A program made the translations under genes and the position numbers. A stretch of DNA of 62,513 nt, filler included, from Porpidia crustulata (Eukaryota), in assembly GCA_964255105.1 (NCBI GenBank). It is 5 parts of 5 records of this genome, joined end to end, with 100 filler letters (N's around TTAATTAATTAA, not from the genome) between each part and the next. Parts side by side here need not be neighbours in the genome. Positions count along the whole stretch, not along the records: positions 1 to 12,445 come from CAXUWE010000535.1; 4 more parts are not named here. One strand, 5' to 3'. The notes beneath the pieces are model-generated. The model ran no database searches and was not told the origin of the DNA. It was given only the letters and a program-made list of their open reading frames with translations. Numbering within the stretch: position 1 is the first letter of the stretch; each line of letters begins with the position of its first letter. Below, piece by piece: positions 1 through 11,893 of the stretch.

Positions 1-298
1 TTGATTAATGGGAAGATATAAAGCGTCGAATTTGGTGGATTTCTTTAAATTCACATACATACAGAAAACTGTGTTATCTATTATTAGATAGCACCGTGCT
101 TCATAGCCCTAGGCTGCATAAGCACGTAAAAATGAAGAAATAAAAAAAATAAAATAAGGTAAAATTTACTCCAGTAATATGTATGATCAGGATCCCATCT
201 TCTCACTTTCACGAGTTTGAGACATTCAAATGTTGTAGGTGTCGTGATACATAATGCTTCTTCTGTCTTCTTGAAGCTACTTCAATGAAAGCTTCATA

Positions 299-1359
299 TT
301 ACGAGCATAGCTTCAGGTTTGCAAGTTGCACAGCGACTGACCGTTCCCTGGCGACTGAAGCTAGGACGTTGGGGCAACCGTTCCGCGACAGAATCGCTAT
401 GTGATCCATCTGCCCAAGCTCTCGCCGTTGATAGACTGGATGTTCTAGTCTGGGTAAGTCACTCAAGCACGGCCATTGTTTTGTGAATGCCTGATACTCG
501 TCTATGGGGAGCACCGGGTAGAATGGATAAATCCGTTCGAACCTTTGCTTAGACTTTCTTCCAGTAGCCATTCGGATCTCCGGTTCATTATCCGTATAGT
601 CGGCTTCCATAACCTCGAAAGTAAATTCCAGGAACGCTCGATTCAAATTCAAAAGTCCCGTCATTGTGCCATGGGTCGTTCGGGCGAAGCGTTTCAGTGA
701 CTTATTCGTCCGCAGCGAAGGAGGAAGAATAATCCTAGCCTTGGTGACATTTGTGAGGCGTGCGAATAGCATGAGCATCTGACCAACATCACAGTCTATA
801 GCTTCTTCGGGTTTTTTGGGATTAATGCATATTCCAGCTGTCTGATGAGGGATACTGTTGATAGACCATGTTGCGATACTATCTTCCTTGAAGTGGACAG
901 AAAGATCATGTACTTGCTGCATGGCGTGAAGCTCATTGCAAAGTTTCTGTACTCGCCTCCAAATATGGACGATGTCGATGGGTCTGTCCGGATGTGGTGG
1001 GAGGATTTCTATAACTAAATCTTTCATCTGGCTGAAGTCAGGAGAATAGCGATCTCCCTTATATGTCAAGACAGCCAGGGAACAAAGGCCTGCGTACTGG
1101 GAGTTGATCTGATATATGAAATCCCGTCGCAATTGGATGTATTTGGTCATCTCGACATAAATTTGGTGGTTGACTCTCATCAGCGGAATCTCCATGCTCC
1201 TTTTATAAGAAAAATAGAAGTACTTGGCGGATCATCTGACCAAGCTGACAGATATTCCCCATAGATCTGATGGCGTAGTTCGACTGGAAGCTGAAGCAGG
1301 CAAGTCTGCGATAAGCTTCCCCAATTGGCATCCGACTTTATGTTCTCCATGTCCTCCAT
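299..1359 (-). pseudogene. F-box-like fungal hypothetical protein, split by a frameshift (pseudogene or assembly indel)
   Basis: The upstream frame encodes LLQLPVELRHQIYGEYL (F-box-like). The downstream frame (ORF 299..1195) has the companion motif PLMRVNHQIYVE and is open only up to a TGA at 1232-1234. No frame-correcting GT-AG intron of plausible length is visible between them. Confidence 0.5.
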
Positions 1360-2569
1360 GTCCTCAGTCAATTTTTGTCCAGGTATCAATGCCCAACCAG
1401 CCGCGATTTGTCGAATCCCTTTGTCAAATGTTTATCAATCCTGCCTGAATTTGGAGCACCCGAATAATCAGAAGGCCTATACGATATTCGCAGTGTAAAA
1501 TTGTTGGAAGCCAAAAAGTAGCATCGAATGTGTGCTATAAATCAACCCGTGAGTCACTACGAGGGACGCAAAAGGCGTGATTAGAGTACCTTGGTACTCA
1601 GCCAACTAGGCACAATCCGTTCATTTCTCCATTAAGCCATTTAGTTCATTCTCATGCCCCTGCATAGGTATATCGCTACTGGGTAAATGTTCACTAGAAT
1701 GATGTAAAACAGCAAGACCTGATTGAAGATCCTATCTAGCTCTTTCTAGAGTGCGCAGAATCCGGTAAAATTTTTAAAGAGCAATGAAGAATCTGACTGA
1801 CGCAGATGACTATAGCACTTTGTGTATGAAGGGTTTGAGCTTCCCCAGAAGAATAGGTAGGGTACCTTACATACAATCCATAAACCAGCATCAACGTGGT
1901 TCCACTTCTTCTGGTATGGGGTATACCTTCGTAGGCATTGGCGACTGAATTTCGTGGTGGCACTTCGACCACCAATTAAAGGAACAGATACGATTGATAG
2001 AAAAAGCTTTTACACAACACGACTACGAAACGGCCGCGAAATAGGTGAAGAAGTCTCAAATCGACTACCTACCGACCCAAAACAGTTACCCGCATGTGGT
2101 ACACCCGCTCAACTATATGTTCATGACCATAAAGTCCTGATTGGTGATGACTGGGATGTTCACGAGAGATATAGAGAGGTTGATCGAGGAGATCGTCATC
2201 CATGACTGTCCATTCCATGTATGGATGATTACAAGTCGTCCTGTCGATTGATCAGTCTTATACAGACTGTAATCAAATGCTACTCCCGGATTTGAAGATA
2301 TGGATCCTGCCTCGTCTCGAGATACTTCAGCGGACCAAATTGATTCCAGATTGTGAAATTTGCTGAACATGTAGAACTCAACAAGGAAATACATCAAATC
2401 GATATTGGTGGTTTTCTTACTCTTACTAGACATTCGGGTTGGTGGCCTGAAAGGCAAATTGGTTGCGGTTTCTGACCTACGCAAGACCTGGTGTAACGAT
2501 AAGACACAGGACGAGATCTAGAAATCTTACATTCATCGCTATATAATCATATCTCCAACACCCGCTAAT

Positions 2570-5500
2570 TTACAATTCTTCATGCCCGCTTTTCTTTGCT
2601 TTACCAGCTGCGGTGCTCTTCTCCCTCGTCCCACTGGCTTTTGACTTCTGTTGCGCTAGCGCCTCCAAAGGTTCTTCATCCGTTACGAAATGTGTGCCAG
2701 GCATATCCTCAAAGTCCCCCAACGATATTGTTGATTGCTTGGCCTTTTTGGCCGATTTAGTCGCACTTGTTTTGGATATTTTGCTGGTCTTCGACTTGCT
2801 GGTTTTTGGCTTACTGGCGCTCTTGGGCTTGGGCGGCATTCGCATCTGGCGTTGAAGGATCTTCATGACCACATCGTTTAGTTGCTTGGATTTGGCGGCG
2901 AGATCGGATGTTAACAGAACGGGATCATCACTCGGCGAGAGCTTCTCCTGTTCCTCGAGTTTAGCGTCTAACCAGGTTTGGATAGTTTCTTGAGTAGTGA
3001 TTAAGGACTCCAGATCTTCGGCGGTATATAGCGGCGGCTCCGGTGTGTTGGAAGCCGCGGAAATGGTGCTAGAAGCAATGGGCTCGTCGTCAAGTTCTGC
3101 GAATTCATCAGTGGACGGCGAAGGCGTCGCCGTGGTCTGTGCGTCGGACCCAGACAAAATTGCTGACGATGATGCGGCTTCTGCCAGAGACATGGCTTCT
3201 CTATGCTGGGACACCATGCTCTCCATAGCTTTTGTCTGGTTTAGTGCTTCTTGCAACTTTTTGATCTCCTGCGGTCGCTTACGTGACTCGTTTTTTCTTT
3301 TCTGTACTGGGTCGGCCAGGCCACGGAGTTCGTCAAGTCGTTCCTTCAGTGCTTCTCTGCTGGCATCCGCTCCGTCTCCGTACAGCCATTCACTAGCGCT
3401 CTTGAATCTCTCTTCAATCTCTATCCGTTGTTTTACGGTAGACACTGCAACGAATTCTTCGTCTTCCAAAAGGTCCCTAACTCTATATGTAAACGATTCC
3501 AAAGTGTTCAGTGTTTCTTCGCGCTTTACTCGCAATCTATCCGAGGCATCGAATGCATCAAGGCGATCTTCGATGCGTTGAATATTTTCGAGGCTGATCT
3601 GGGGTAAACCCGCAGCTTCTGTGGAAAAGTCTAGATAGATTGTTTCTGTTTTGTGTTTGGTCTCCTTGGCTTTGTCGTCAGACTTCATATTATTATCAGA
3701 TGATGAAGCCGTAGTCTTGCTCTCTTTGGTTGAGGATGTTGTAGATGATTCGCTCGGAGAAGTGATGATTGAAGATTCTTTGTCTTCGCCTTCCTTTAAA
3801 GGCTCTTGATCACCTTTTTTCGACCCAAAGCCAAGGAAATCTTTGACACCATCGACCATGCCACTTTTCTTATCTGCCACTTCACAGCTGACGTAGCCCT
3901 TGAGAACCTCTGGTAGGCCATCTGTTGGGCTCAATCGAATGGTAAACTTGGTGCCGATTTCAGTTAAAGCACAACCAAATTTATCTGTCAATTGCTTCAC
4001 AGACGCGGTAAGGTTCTCTGTCTTGATTGCCAAGACTACGTTCTCCGCCAAGTCTTCTGGGGTTTGCGGAACTTGCTCATAAAGGCTGAATGAGAAATCT
4101 TCAGTGACTCGAAAGGATACCTGCTTCTCAACACCAGACGAGGACGTCGGAACGAAGAGCTTCTGTTGTCTTTCCTTTCCATCAGATGTCCAGGTCGCCC
4201 CCACCGCATAGCCTGCATTATCAAGAGCTCTTATTTCTTTTACCCGAAAACTAGGACTGATTCCCGCTGCCTTGAATGCCGCTCCGAAAACAGCAGCCTC
4301 ATCAGAATTGACGTTTGTCCTAATTTTGTCCGCGTCTCCAACTGTTGCTTCCAACTGCTTCTGGACAAATGGCGTCCTGACAGCCCCGCCGTGGAGGATC
4401 ACAGAATCAATGTCAGCGATGCTCAGCTTCGCAGACCGGAGGGCCTCGATCACAGGTTGTCGAACTCGGCTAGTATAGACAGAGGCAATCTCTTCAAATT
4501 CGCTCCTAGTGAGCTTGTACTTGAATTTCACATCCTCGTAGAATAGGGCTTCAAAAGCTGCTGAAGCTTCGGTGTTGGCGCTCAAGACCTGGCGTATCTT
4601 CTCGGCTTCCTTCCACAATTTTGCCATTGTTCTTCCGTGTTCTTTGATATGCTGAGACTTTACGCCCATGGTCTTCATTCTTGAACTATCTATGAATTTC
4701 TGGATCATATCGTCCATAATCACCTGATTGAGCGCATCCCCGCCTAAAGTCTTGTCCCAGCCAGTGCCCAGTATCTGCACTTCTTGGACTGTTTTGTTAT
4801 ATCGGCCAACGTCCTTGACAATTTTCCCCTGAAATTTAAGTACCGTGGCCGAAGCCGATCCTGCGCCCATATCGTAGACAAGATGTACCTCAGGCTTTCC
4901 TTCCTTTGCGGTGGGAAAAGTCCTTGACGTTGCGTAGTTCAGTCCCACAGATAGGCCATCACTCACCAGTGATAAGAGGCGTAGACCGGCTAGATCGGCA
5001 GCTAAGGCCACCGCCCTTTTCTCTTCCGCCGTATAGAATGGAGGAATCGTGATAACAGCGTCTTGTATACTTGAGCCCTTACCAGCCAATGCTTGCGCGT
5101 TCTTCCTGATATTCTTCAGTTCCATTGCTAAAAGCTCCTCCACCAAGAAGGGCTCTTCTCCAGCGTTAAAGCTTTCGCTCCCGAATGCAACCGTGCCCCT
5201 GTCTTTTGACTCGACCATTTTCAAGCCGGGATACCTTTTGCCATACTCCGATACCAGACTGTTGCCCCGCAATCGCTGGCCCAGTAGTGGCTTTAGGTTT
5301 AGATAGACGTCACCGGAGAACCTTGCCGTGAGAGCCAGGGCATCACCACCGTAGATTCTCTCGGGGAAAGCTTTGGAATCTGGAGTTGAGCTCTTCGTTC
5401 TGACTGGCTTAAAAGCCACAGCGGCAGCTTCTTTTCTTTTTGAGTCCTTCGTGAGTACAATCTCCAGGGGAATACCAGGTTTTACCAAGGCTGCCTTGAT

Positions 5501-5623
5501 ATACTCGGTGCCCAGATCTATTCCTAAGACAGCTGAAGCTGCAGAAGCTGTAGTTGTCAATGCAATAAGCAGGGCAAGCCACGAGAGAAGTGTCGGGGCG
5601 CGTCGTCGACCGTGGGGTGGCAT
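2570..5623 (-). CDS. LHS1: ER-lumenal Hsp70-family chaperone / nucleotide exchange factor Lhs1 (Grp170/HYOU1)
   Basis: Intronless ORF with signal peptide, GIDLGTEY, YDMGAGS and LGGDALN Hsp70 motifs, and a C-terminal HEEL ER-retention signal. ATG at 5623 (MPPHGRRR). Confidence 0.93.
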   Translation of the reverse strand: MPPHGRRRAPTLLSWLALLIALTTTASAASAVLGIDLGTEYIKAALVKPGIPLEIVLTKDSKRKEAAAVAFKPVRTKSSTPDSKAFPERIYGGDALALTARFSGDVYLNLKPLLGQRLRGNSLVSEYGKRYPGLKMVESKDRGTVAFGSESFNAGEEPFLVEELLAMELKNIRKNAQALAGKGSSIQDAVITIPPFYTAEEKRAVALAADLAGLRLLSLVSDGLSVGLNYATSRTFPTAKEGKPEVHLVYDMGAGSASATVLKFQGKIVKDVGRYNKTVQEVQILGTGWDKTLGGDALNQVIMDDMIQKFIDSSRMKTMGVKSQHIKEHGRTMAKLWKEAEKIRQVLSANTEASAAFEALFYEDVKFKYKLTRSEFEEIASVYTSRVRQPVIEALRSAKLSIADIDSVILHGGAVRTPFVQKQLEATVGDADKIRTNVNSDEAAVFGAAFKAAGISPSFRVKEIRALDNAGYAVGATWTSDGKERQQKLFVPTSSSGVEKQVSFRVTEDFSFSLYEQVPQTPEDLAENVVLAIKTENLTASVKQLTDKFGCALTEIGTKFTIRLSPTDGLPEVLKGYVSCEVADKKSGMVDGVKDFLGFGSKKGDQEPLKEGEDKESSIITSPSESSTTSSTKESKTTASSSDNNMKSDDKAKETKHKTETIYLDFSTEAAGLPQISLENIQRIEDRLDAFDASDRLRVKREETLNTLESFTYRVRDLLEDEEFVAVSTVKQRIEIEERFKSASEWLYGDGADASREALKERLDELRGLADPVQKRKNESRKRPQEIKKLQEALNQTKAMESMVSQHREAMSLAEAASSSAILSGSDAQTTATPSPSTDEFAELDDEPIASSTISAASNTPEPPLYTAEDLESLITTQETIQTWLDAKLEEQEKLSPSDDPVLLTSDLAAKSKQLNDVVMKILQRQMRMPPKPKSASKPKTSKSKTSKISKTSATKSAKKAKQSTISLGDFEDMPGTHFVTDEEPLEALAQQKSKASGTREKSTAAGKAKKSGHEEL

Positions 5624-6320
5624 TTTGGATGAAACTACGTAACTGCCCAAGATCAGGTAGCTTCAGCTCTCTAAGGTTCCGACCCCGACTCAAAGCAGAG
5701 ACTAATATCTAAAACCGAGGAAAAACATAGAAAAGAACAGATCGTGCACTGGAAGGACTGTCGTTGCTTTATGCTGCCAAGGATGATATTGTTTTGGACA
5801 GAGTGTCTTTACTCAAGTTCATCCTTTTAGGGCTGAGGATTTAAGCGCTCCAAAATCCGGAGTGGTATCTCTAGCGCCCGCCCATGCACGACATCAATTA
5901 TCGATCACTGATCTCCTTGAATACGAAGGATAAGTTGTAATTGAAATACTAACCAAATCGCTGTTGACATTACTCTGATCGGGCCCTTTTCCCATGATAG
6001 TATGAAACGAATATCGCGCTAGAGTCATCATGTTCAGGGTGCGAAGAGAATGTTTAAACGAGCAGAGATGCATCAACTATATGATCAGGTCAGACCACAC
6101 ACTCGACGCATAGTACTTTAAGGAGGTGCAGGAATTATATGAGATACCCGATTAGCCATAGTGTTAAGTCTCTTGAGGACGTCAGCAGAAGGATCCAACC
6201 TTATTCGACTCGCAAGCGATTTGACTTATGTCCATACTACAAGCAGTCTAAGATTTTATCAAGTAACCTTGTGGTATTGACGATCTTCTGTTGGCAGTTC
6301 ACCTCAATATTTATTCTAGC

Positions 6321-7004
6321 CTAATAAAAGAAACCGATGATTTTGCCGGCCACATGCTTCCGTCGCGCCTCCTCATGGTCCATTATTCCAGATGAAGTTG
6401 TCAGAACAATATATCCAAATTGACGTGACGGTAGTAGCTTGACGACCCATTTCTCGAAGTCGCCTATTCGTACGTTGTACCGAGGAGAGATGACGCCGGT
6501 CTTATTGAGGCTGTGTGAGGATCAGGAAATGCCGCAGTTGGTGAGATGGTAGTTTGGGCAGTACGTACCGGCCGTTCAACTGGATAACGATTTTGCCTGA
6601 ACGATGATCATCCACCTCCTCAAATTCTCCAATGTAGCCTACGGAGAAAAATAAAGTTAGCGGTGTTGCGGATGATTAAACGTTGTACTTCAGGAGGAAA
6701 ATCGGAGAACGTGTAAGATCTTCGCATGGGGTTGGATATATCGGGCACTTAAAGGGCAAGGGTCGTGTAGTGTTTCAGAGTTTTGAGACCATTGCCTAGT
6801 TATCAGCCCGAAAGTAATCATGGTGCGGATCTTTGAGCAGGAAGCTCCTGTCTAAAATTATGTCCACCTACCGTGTTTCTGCATGACGCTCAAGAATTTG
6901 ACAATGACTTTGGAGCTAGGTCGTATAAGGACTTGTCGCTTTCCGGCCTTTTCGGCGTTGTTGATAGCATTGAGCGCATCGTTGAGTACACTGGTTTTGA
7001 CCAT
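6321..7004 (-). CDS. RPS22: 40S ribosomal protein S22 (uS8/S15a), 3 exons: 7004-6872, 6638-6569, 6510-6321
   Basis: Spliced translation [81 protein letters not shown]...[11 protein letters not shown]. Canonical GT-AG introns. Confidence 0.97.
6661..6813 (-). ncRNA. snR44: Intronic box H/ACA snoRNA, snR44-like (guides SSU psi106 and LSU psi1056 in yeast numbering)
   Basis: Lies within RPS22 intron 1. Hairpin 1 has a CGGGC/GCCCG basal stem with pocket GAUAACU...UUUAA, complementary to 18S UUAAA-UC-AGUUAUC. Hairpin 2 has pocket CUUACA...UUUAA, complementary to 25S UUAAA-UA-UGUAAG. ACA (6666-6664) lies 14 nt from the pocket, 3 nt before the CTAAC branch point. Yeast snR44 is hosted in an RPS22B intron. 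Confidence 0.85.
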
Positions 7005-7098
7005 TTCTAAGATTCTCAGCTCGATGATTGGAGGTGAGGTATCTAGGATGCGCAAAATGGACGCGAATTAGCCTTCAAGAGCTTTGAGCGTGAAGAGT

Positions 7099-7133
7099 GC
7101 CCGTGTGCCATCATTAGGGTTCTTCAGCCCGTG
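7099..7133 (-). promoter_or_regulatory. Candidate ribosomal-protein promoter elements (AACCCTAA telo-box/Homol-E-like flanked by two CACGGGC)
   Basis: About 100-130 nt upstream of the RPS22 ATG: CACGGGC-tgaag-AACCCTAA-tgatggca-CACGGGC on the minus strand. Function is inferred only. Confidence 0.3.
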
Positions 7134-7530
7134 TCGTTACCACCAAGATCTGGGGCATCTATGACAGGGAGCCTCGTAGGTCCTAAATGGGACTGAGCTC
7201 AAGCTGGGGGTGTCAGTAATAACATACCTCGTGAATTGATATGGTGATTACGGTCCGTAAAGATGCAATTGCAAAACTCATTTCCTCGCTTGACTGAGTG
7301 GGCAACGCTAGTGGATGCGCTAGGTCCTTTGAGTTAGCGTTTTGCTTTATCTGCACATGATCTGGCGATAAGAACCACCTGCAGGTACAAGAGAGCGTCA
7401 TCATTCTCGTCGTGTTCGAAGTTATAATTAATAGGTAGTACGTGCTTATGCTCAACGATCACTTGCATTACATATTTCCTCAAACCTTTGCTCGAAGGAA
7501 ATCCCTTAATTCTGTCTTAGCTGTTTCGCA

Positions 7531-8512
7531 ATGTTAGAAGAGGCTTGTTGTACTTGCGCCGCCTTATTGTCCTCCATTTTGCCACAGTATGACGAGAAGA
7601 CCGAGAAACCCTTATCGCAAGACCGCCGGCTGGAATGCTGTGGTCGCACCATCTGCGCGAAATGTATAGGTGTAAGTTGGAATCAAAGTCCTATGGCCCG
7701 GAAAACTAATCAATTGGATTGAGGGATAGGGAAATCCACGATTTGCGTCTTATTGTTAGTTGTCTCAAGAGGCTCCTATTTGGTAGAAAAGGGGTATACT
7801 GACTTCTTTCAAGGCCCATTTTGTCAAATATCTTCTACTTCATTATTATTACCACCAGGTTTACGAGATCCGCCGACGTATTCACCGTCGACATCTCCTT
7901 GTCGCTCCAACGGCGCACTCCTAGATGATCAGCTACCAGCCTACTCATCCCTAGACCCGCGAGCAGTATCTCCTGAAAAGCACAATATGTCATCAAACCA
8001 GCCAGCAGAAGACGTACTGCATTTCCTGAACCCCGCTCAGGATACTGTTCTTTCGCTATCACTTCGTTATGGTGTTCCTCAAAATGCGCTACGGCAGACC
8101 AATGGGCTTTACGCAGACAATTTACTAGCTGCTAGGCGGACGATACTTATTCCCGAGGAACATTATAAAGGTGGCGTAAGTCTAAGTCCCCAACCAGTAG
8201 ACGGAGAAGAAGAAGAGATACGCAAAGGAAAGGTCAGGCGATGGATGGTCGCCTGCAAAGTGGCAGAGTGAGTTATGACTAAATTGAAGACCCTCTTTTC
8301 ACTTCGATCTATAACCTCGGTGTATGGCTGATGATATTCTGGTGGTTCTTGTGTGGATCAGTTATGATATCGCACTTCTCTACCTGAACCAGGCAAGGTA
8401 CAATTTTGATGCCGCTGTGGAGGCATACATATCAGATGAGAGGTGGGAGAAAGAACATCCATTACAAAAAGGGTCGAAGGGGAAGGCAAAACCAAGGCAG
8501 CTAAGAAGGTGA
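7531..8512 (+). CDS. Intracellular protein with N-terminal RING-like Cys cluster, LysM domain and UBA-like C-terminus; exons 7531-7671, 7730-7754, 7814-8267, 8362-8512
   Basis: Spliced Cys pattern CCTC...CCGRTICAKC...YCPFC. LysM-like HFLNPAQDTVLSLSLRYGVPQNALRQTNGL...RRTILIP. UBA-like YDIALLYLNQARYNFDAAVEAY. GT-AG introns restore frame. No signal peptide. Confidence 0.75.
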
Positions 8513-9065
8513 AAGCAACGCTTATACTGGTTCGAAAATCCAGTTATTAAGACTCGCAACTTGGAGGATGTTTCAGTGGAGTCTATTGAAAGCCTATCCA
8601 CAGGTGTTTCAAGTTCTAGCGAGGAGTGAGAGATGATTAGCATATTTAAAGTACTGTAAGTAGCACCGATTTTGACTCAAACTTTTGCTGATTTATGCCA
8701 GGTTTGATTGATAGGTATATCGCATACACAGCGATAAGTATAGCCTTTCCACTACAGAGTAATCATACCTCTTCCTTTAGTCTAGTCGACCGCATTGCGT
8801 TCCTTCGATGTAGAAACAGGTCATAAGGTGACTAATCTATCCTTTTGGTGTCGGGTCCCATAATCCATTGGATATATGTTTTAAACGATGCATCCTTATC
8901 TAAAAGTGAAAGCTTTCTCGCAATTTTTTTAGTTTGACACAGTAATGCATATCGACACTTGGTACATTCTAATGTTGGCGTAACGACCCATCTTTGGCAA
9001 TGACGGAGATTTCCCTCAGCTCGCGGCCTCCCCAAACTCCCACTTAACTCGAGCAGCCACTGAAT

Positions 9066-11893
9066 ATGATCAGGCTTCGAAGACTACGACCCAGTATTTC
9101 CAATCTTCCAGAAACAGTTGATCGCATTTGTTTGTTGTTAATGCTCAGTATTATAGCAGCTGTGCTTTATCGGTTCTCTTGGGCGGGTCAGTTGTCCCAA
9201 AACATGAAAGTGTGTCAACTCTACAACACTGTCTAACACTGCAGCCTAGACGCCAACGACCGCTACAAATGTCGCGGACTGCTCAATCAAGGCCACTGGC
9301 TTGATCCACCCAGCGACCTCCGTACTGTGTCTTCATCTTTCAACTGGCAGCCCCCTGGATGCATACTACACGAGTACAATGCAAAGGACATCTCAGCCTG
9401 TTTGAATTCCCGTAAACTCGTCTACGCTGGTGACTCAACAATGAGACAGATATTTTGGGCAACGGCGGGAAAGCTAGATGCCAAAGGCGCCAACGAAGCA
9501 AAAGACGCCGCAGAAAGGCACGAGGATCTGACGTTCAGCAAAGCGGGTGTTACGCTCAACTTCATCTGGGACCCATTCCTCAATGCCTCAGCTCTACATC
9601 AAGAGATAGCCGCACATAGAGCGGCTCTAGGGTTCCGAGAGCAGAGGGGCATCAACGGCAGCGACACCGCTTCGGGCGCCGCACTATTACTCATAGGGGG
9701 TGGCTTATGGCATGCACAGCATACTGGCGAAGATTCGCTGAAGTCTTTCAAGGACTCCCTTGACACCATCCTGTGGATGACCAAACACAGTGAACATGGT
9801 GTCTCGAATCAACAGACCTCGCCTTTATTCCATACCCGACCAACTCCAGACGATCGGATGATTTTTGCTCCGGTCCAAGTCCCCTGGTATGATTCCTTGT
9901 CTCCATACCATGCTGCAAGTCTTACAGAGGCCAATATCAACCCTCTGAACGAATACCTGCGAGATCTCTCCAAAAAGCAAGGTATACTCGTTGCCATGAG
10001 CCATTTCTTCATGACCTGGCAAAGAAAAGCAGCTTACAAAGAGGATGGGCTGCACGTCGTTGAGATTGTGGCACGTCGAAAAGCAGATGTACTCTTGAAC
10101 ATGAGGTGCAATGCCGAGCTAAGTCGCATGACCAAGTATCCGATGGACAAGACTTGCTGCAGTGACTATACAGGGATGAATTGGGTACATTTGATCGTCA
10201 CTCTGATCTCAATGTGGATATTACTATCTTTGACATGGATCATATCTGAAAGTACGTTTACCACTAGCTAAGTCTCCAATTAACAAAGCTCTAATACCAT
10301 CTCATAGGATTAAAAATGCAGTCATGGCTTCCACCACCACAAGCGTCCCATGCCATTGCGATCCTAGGACTGACAATGTGCTACTGCTTTATCGCCGACC
10401 GTACACAGGTATTTAACAAAGTCCAGAAGCAATACTCGTCCGTGGAGTTCATGACCTTAGGCATCTCCACCATAATTCTTGGGGTGCTATCAATCCGTCG
10501 ATCCGTTTCGTCGCCGATGCGTAAAGTCAGCACGCGAGACTTGGTTACAAATTTTGCGAATCAACCCTTCCTTTCAAGAGACCAGACAGACGAATGGAAA
10601 GGGTGGATGCAATTCTTGATCTTAATTTACCACTATACGGGAGCTTCGAAGATCCTCTGGATCTACGAAATTATCCGGATACTTGTTGCATCTTATCTCT
10701 TCATGACCGGTTTCGGTCACACCATCTTCTTTTACCGCAAGGCAGACTATTCTTTTCGCCGTTCTATGTCAGTCCTGGTACGGCTGAATCTGTTAAGCTG
10801 CTGTCTCCCCTATGTCATGCGGACTGATTACTTATTTTATTATTTCGCACCTTTGATTTCCTTCTGGTATCTTGTGATATACCTAACAATGAGGATCGGC
10901 CAGTCGTGGAACTCATCACTAGGCTTTGTACTAAGCAAGATCCTGATATCTGCCGTTATTCTCACTGCTTCGGTCAGGATTCCTGGCCTCATCGAGGGCG
11001 TCTTAAGGCTTCTTAGAAGCTCCTGTGGCATACAGTGGAATGTTGCAGAATGGCGGTTCAGGCTTCAGCTTGACATGTATATTGTGTATGTTGGTATGGC
11101 GGTTGCTATCTTTTTTATCAAAATTACGGACATTTTTACCGAGGAACGTCCACGGAATCACGTTTCGAGGTTCGTGCATGATTACTTTGCTCGATTAAGA
11201 ACACTGTCTATCGTCGGGGCAATTGCGGTCATTCCACTCTTCTGGACTCTGACTCGTCGTTCGCCAGACAAATACGACTACAACGGGTGGGTTCCATATA
11301 TCTCCTGTTTTCCCATTCTCTCCTTCGTCGTCCTTCGAAATTGCAGTCAATACGCCCGCAACTTCTACTCTTCGATCTTCGCCTGGTTGGGTAAATGCTC
11401 TCTCGAAACGTTCACCTTACAGTTCCATATCTGGATGGCAGCGGATACCAAAGGCCTCCTAAGCCTGGGCGTATTTGGGCGAAACGACACTCATATAGAC
11501 GGTAGATGGCAGGACTTTACGCTGCTCACTTTGGTTTTTATCTGGGTCAGCTGGCACGCTGCTGCTGCCACAACTACTGTCACCTCATGGATTGTTGAAC
11601 CACACGGAAGTAGAGTAGAGGCTGAGGTCTCAGAAGTCGAAGTCTCCTCTTCAGCTACCCTTGAATTGCCAAGAACAAGAAGCCAACAAGTATTGGACTG
11701 GCATCTTCGAAATGAGGGCGCCGTTGGGAGTAATTCCCCAAACAAATTGACGAAGTTTTGGAGCAAAGACTTGAGAGTACGTCTCGTCACCATTTTAGGG
11801 GTTATGTGGCTCCTCAACCAGGTAAGTCCAGAAGGAGACCCAAGTAAGCCTTTATTATTCTGGACTCTCTAACACAGATTACAGATGTACTGA
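9066..11893 (+). CDS. CAS1: Cas1p/CASD1-family multi-TM O-acetyltransferase; exons 9066-9186, 9250-10251, 10308-11821, 11885-11893
   Basis: Lumenal SGNH-like domain (GDSTMRQ ... DGLH) followed by a membrane domain with FLSRDQTDEWKGWMQFLILIYHYTGAS, YYFAPL and SLETFTLQFHIW, typical of Cryptococcus Cas1p/plant RWA/CASD1. Confidence 0.9.

Noticed and set aside
1736..2484. Possible decayed gene on the minus strand
   Set aside because: Fragmentary frames with stops and no motif I can identify confidently.
9066..11893. 'Cas1' as a CRISPR-associated gene
   Set aside because: Name coincidence only. It is the capsule-synthesis O-acetyltransferase family, and no repeat-spacer array exists in the window.
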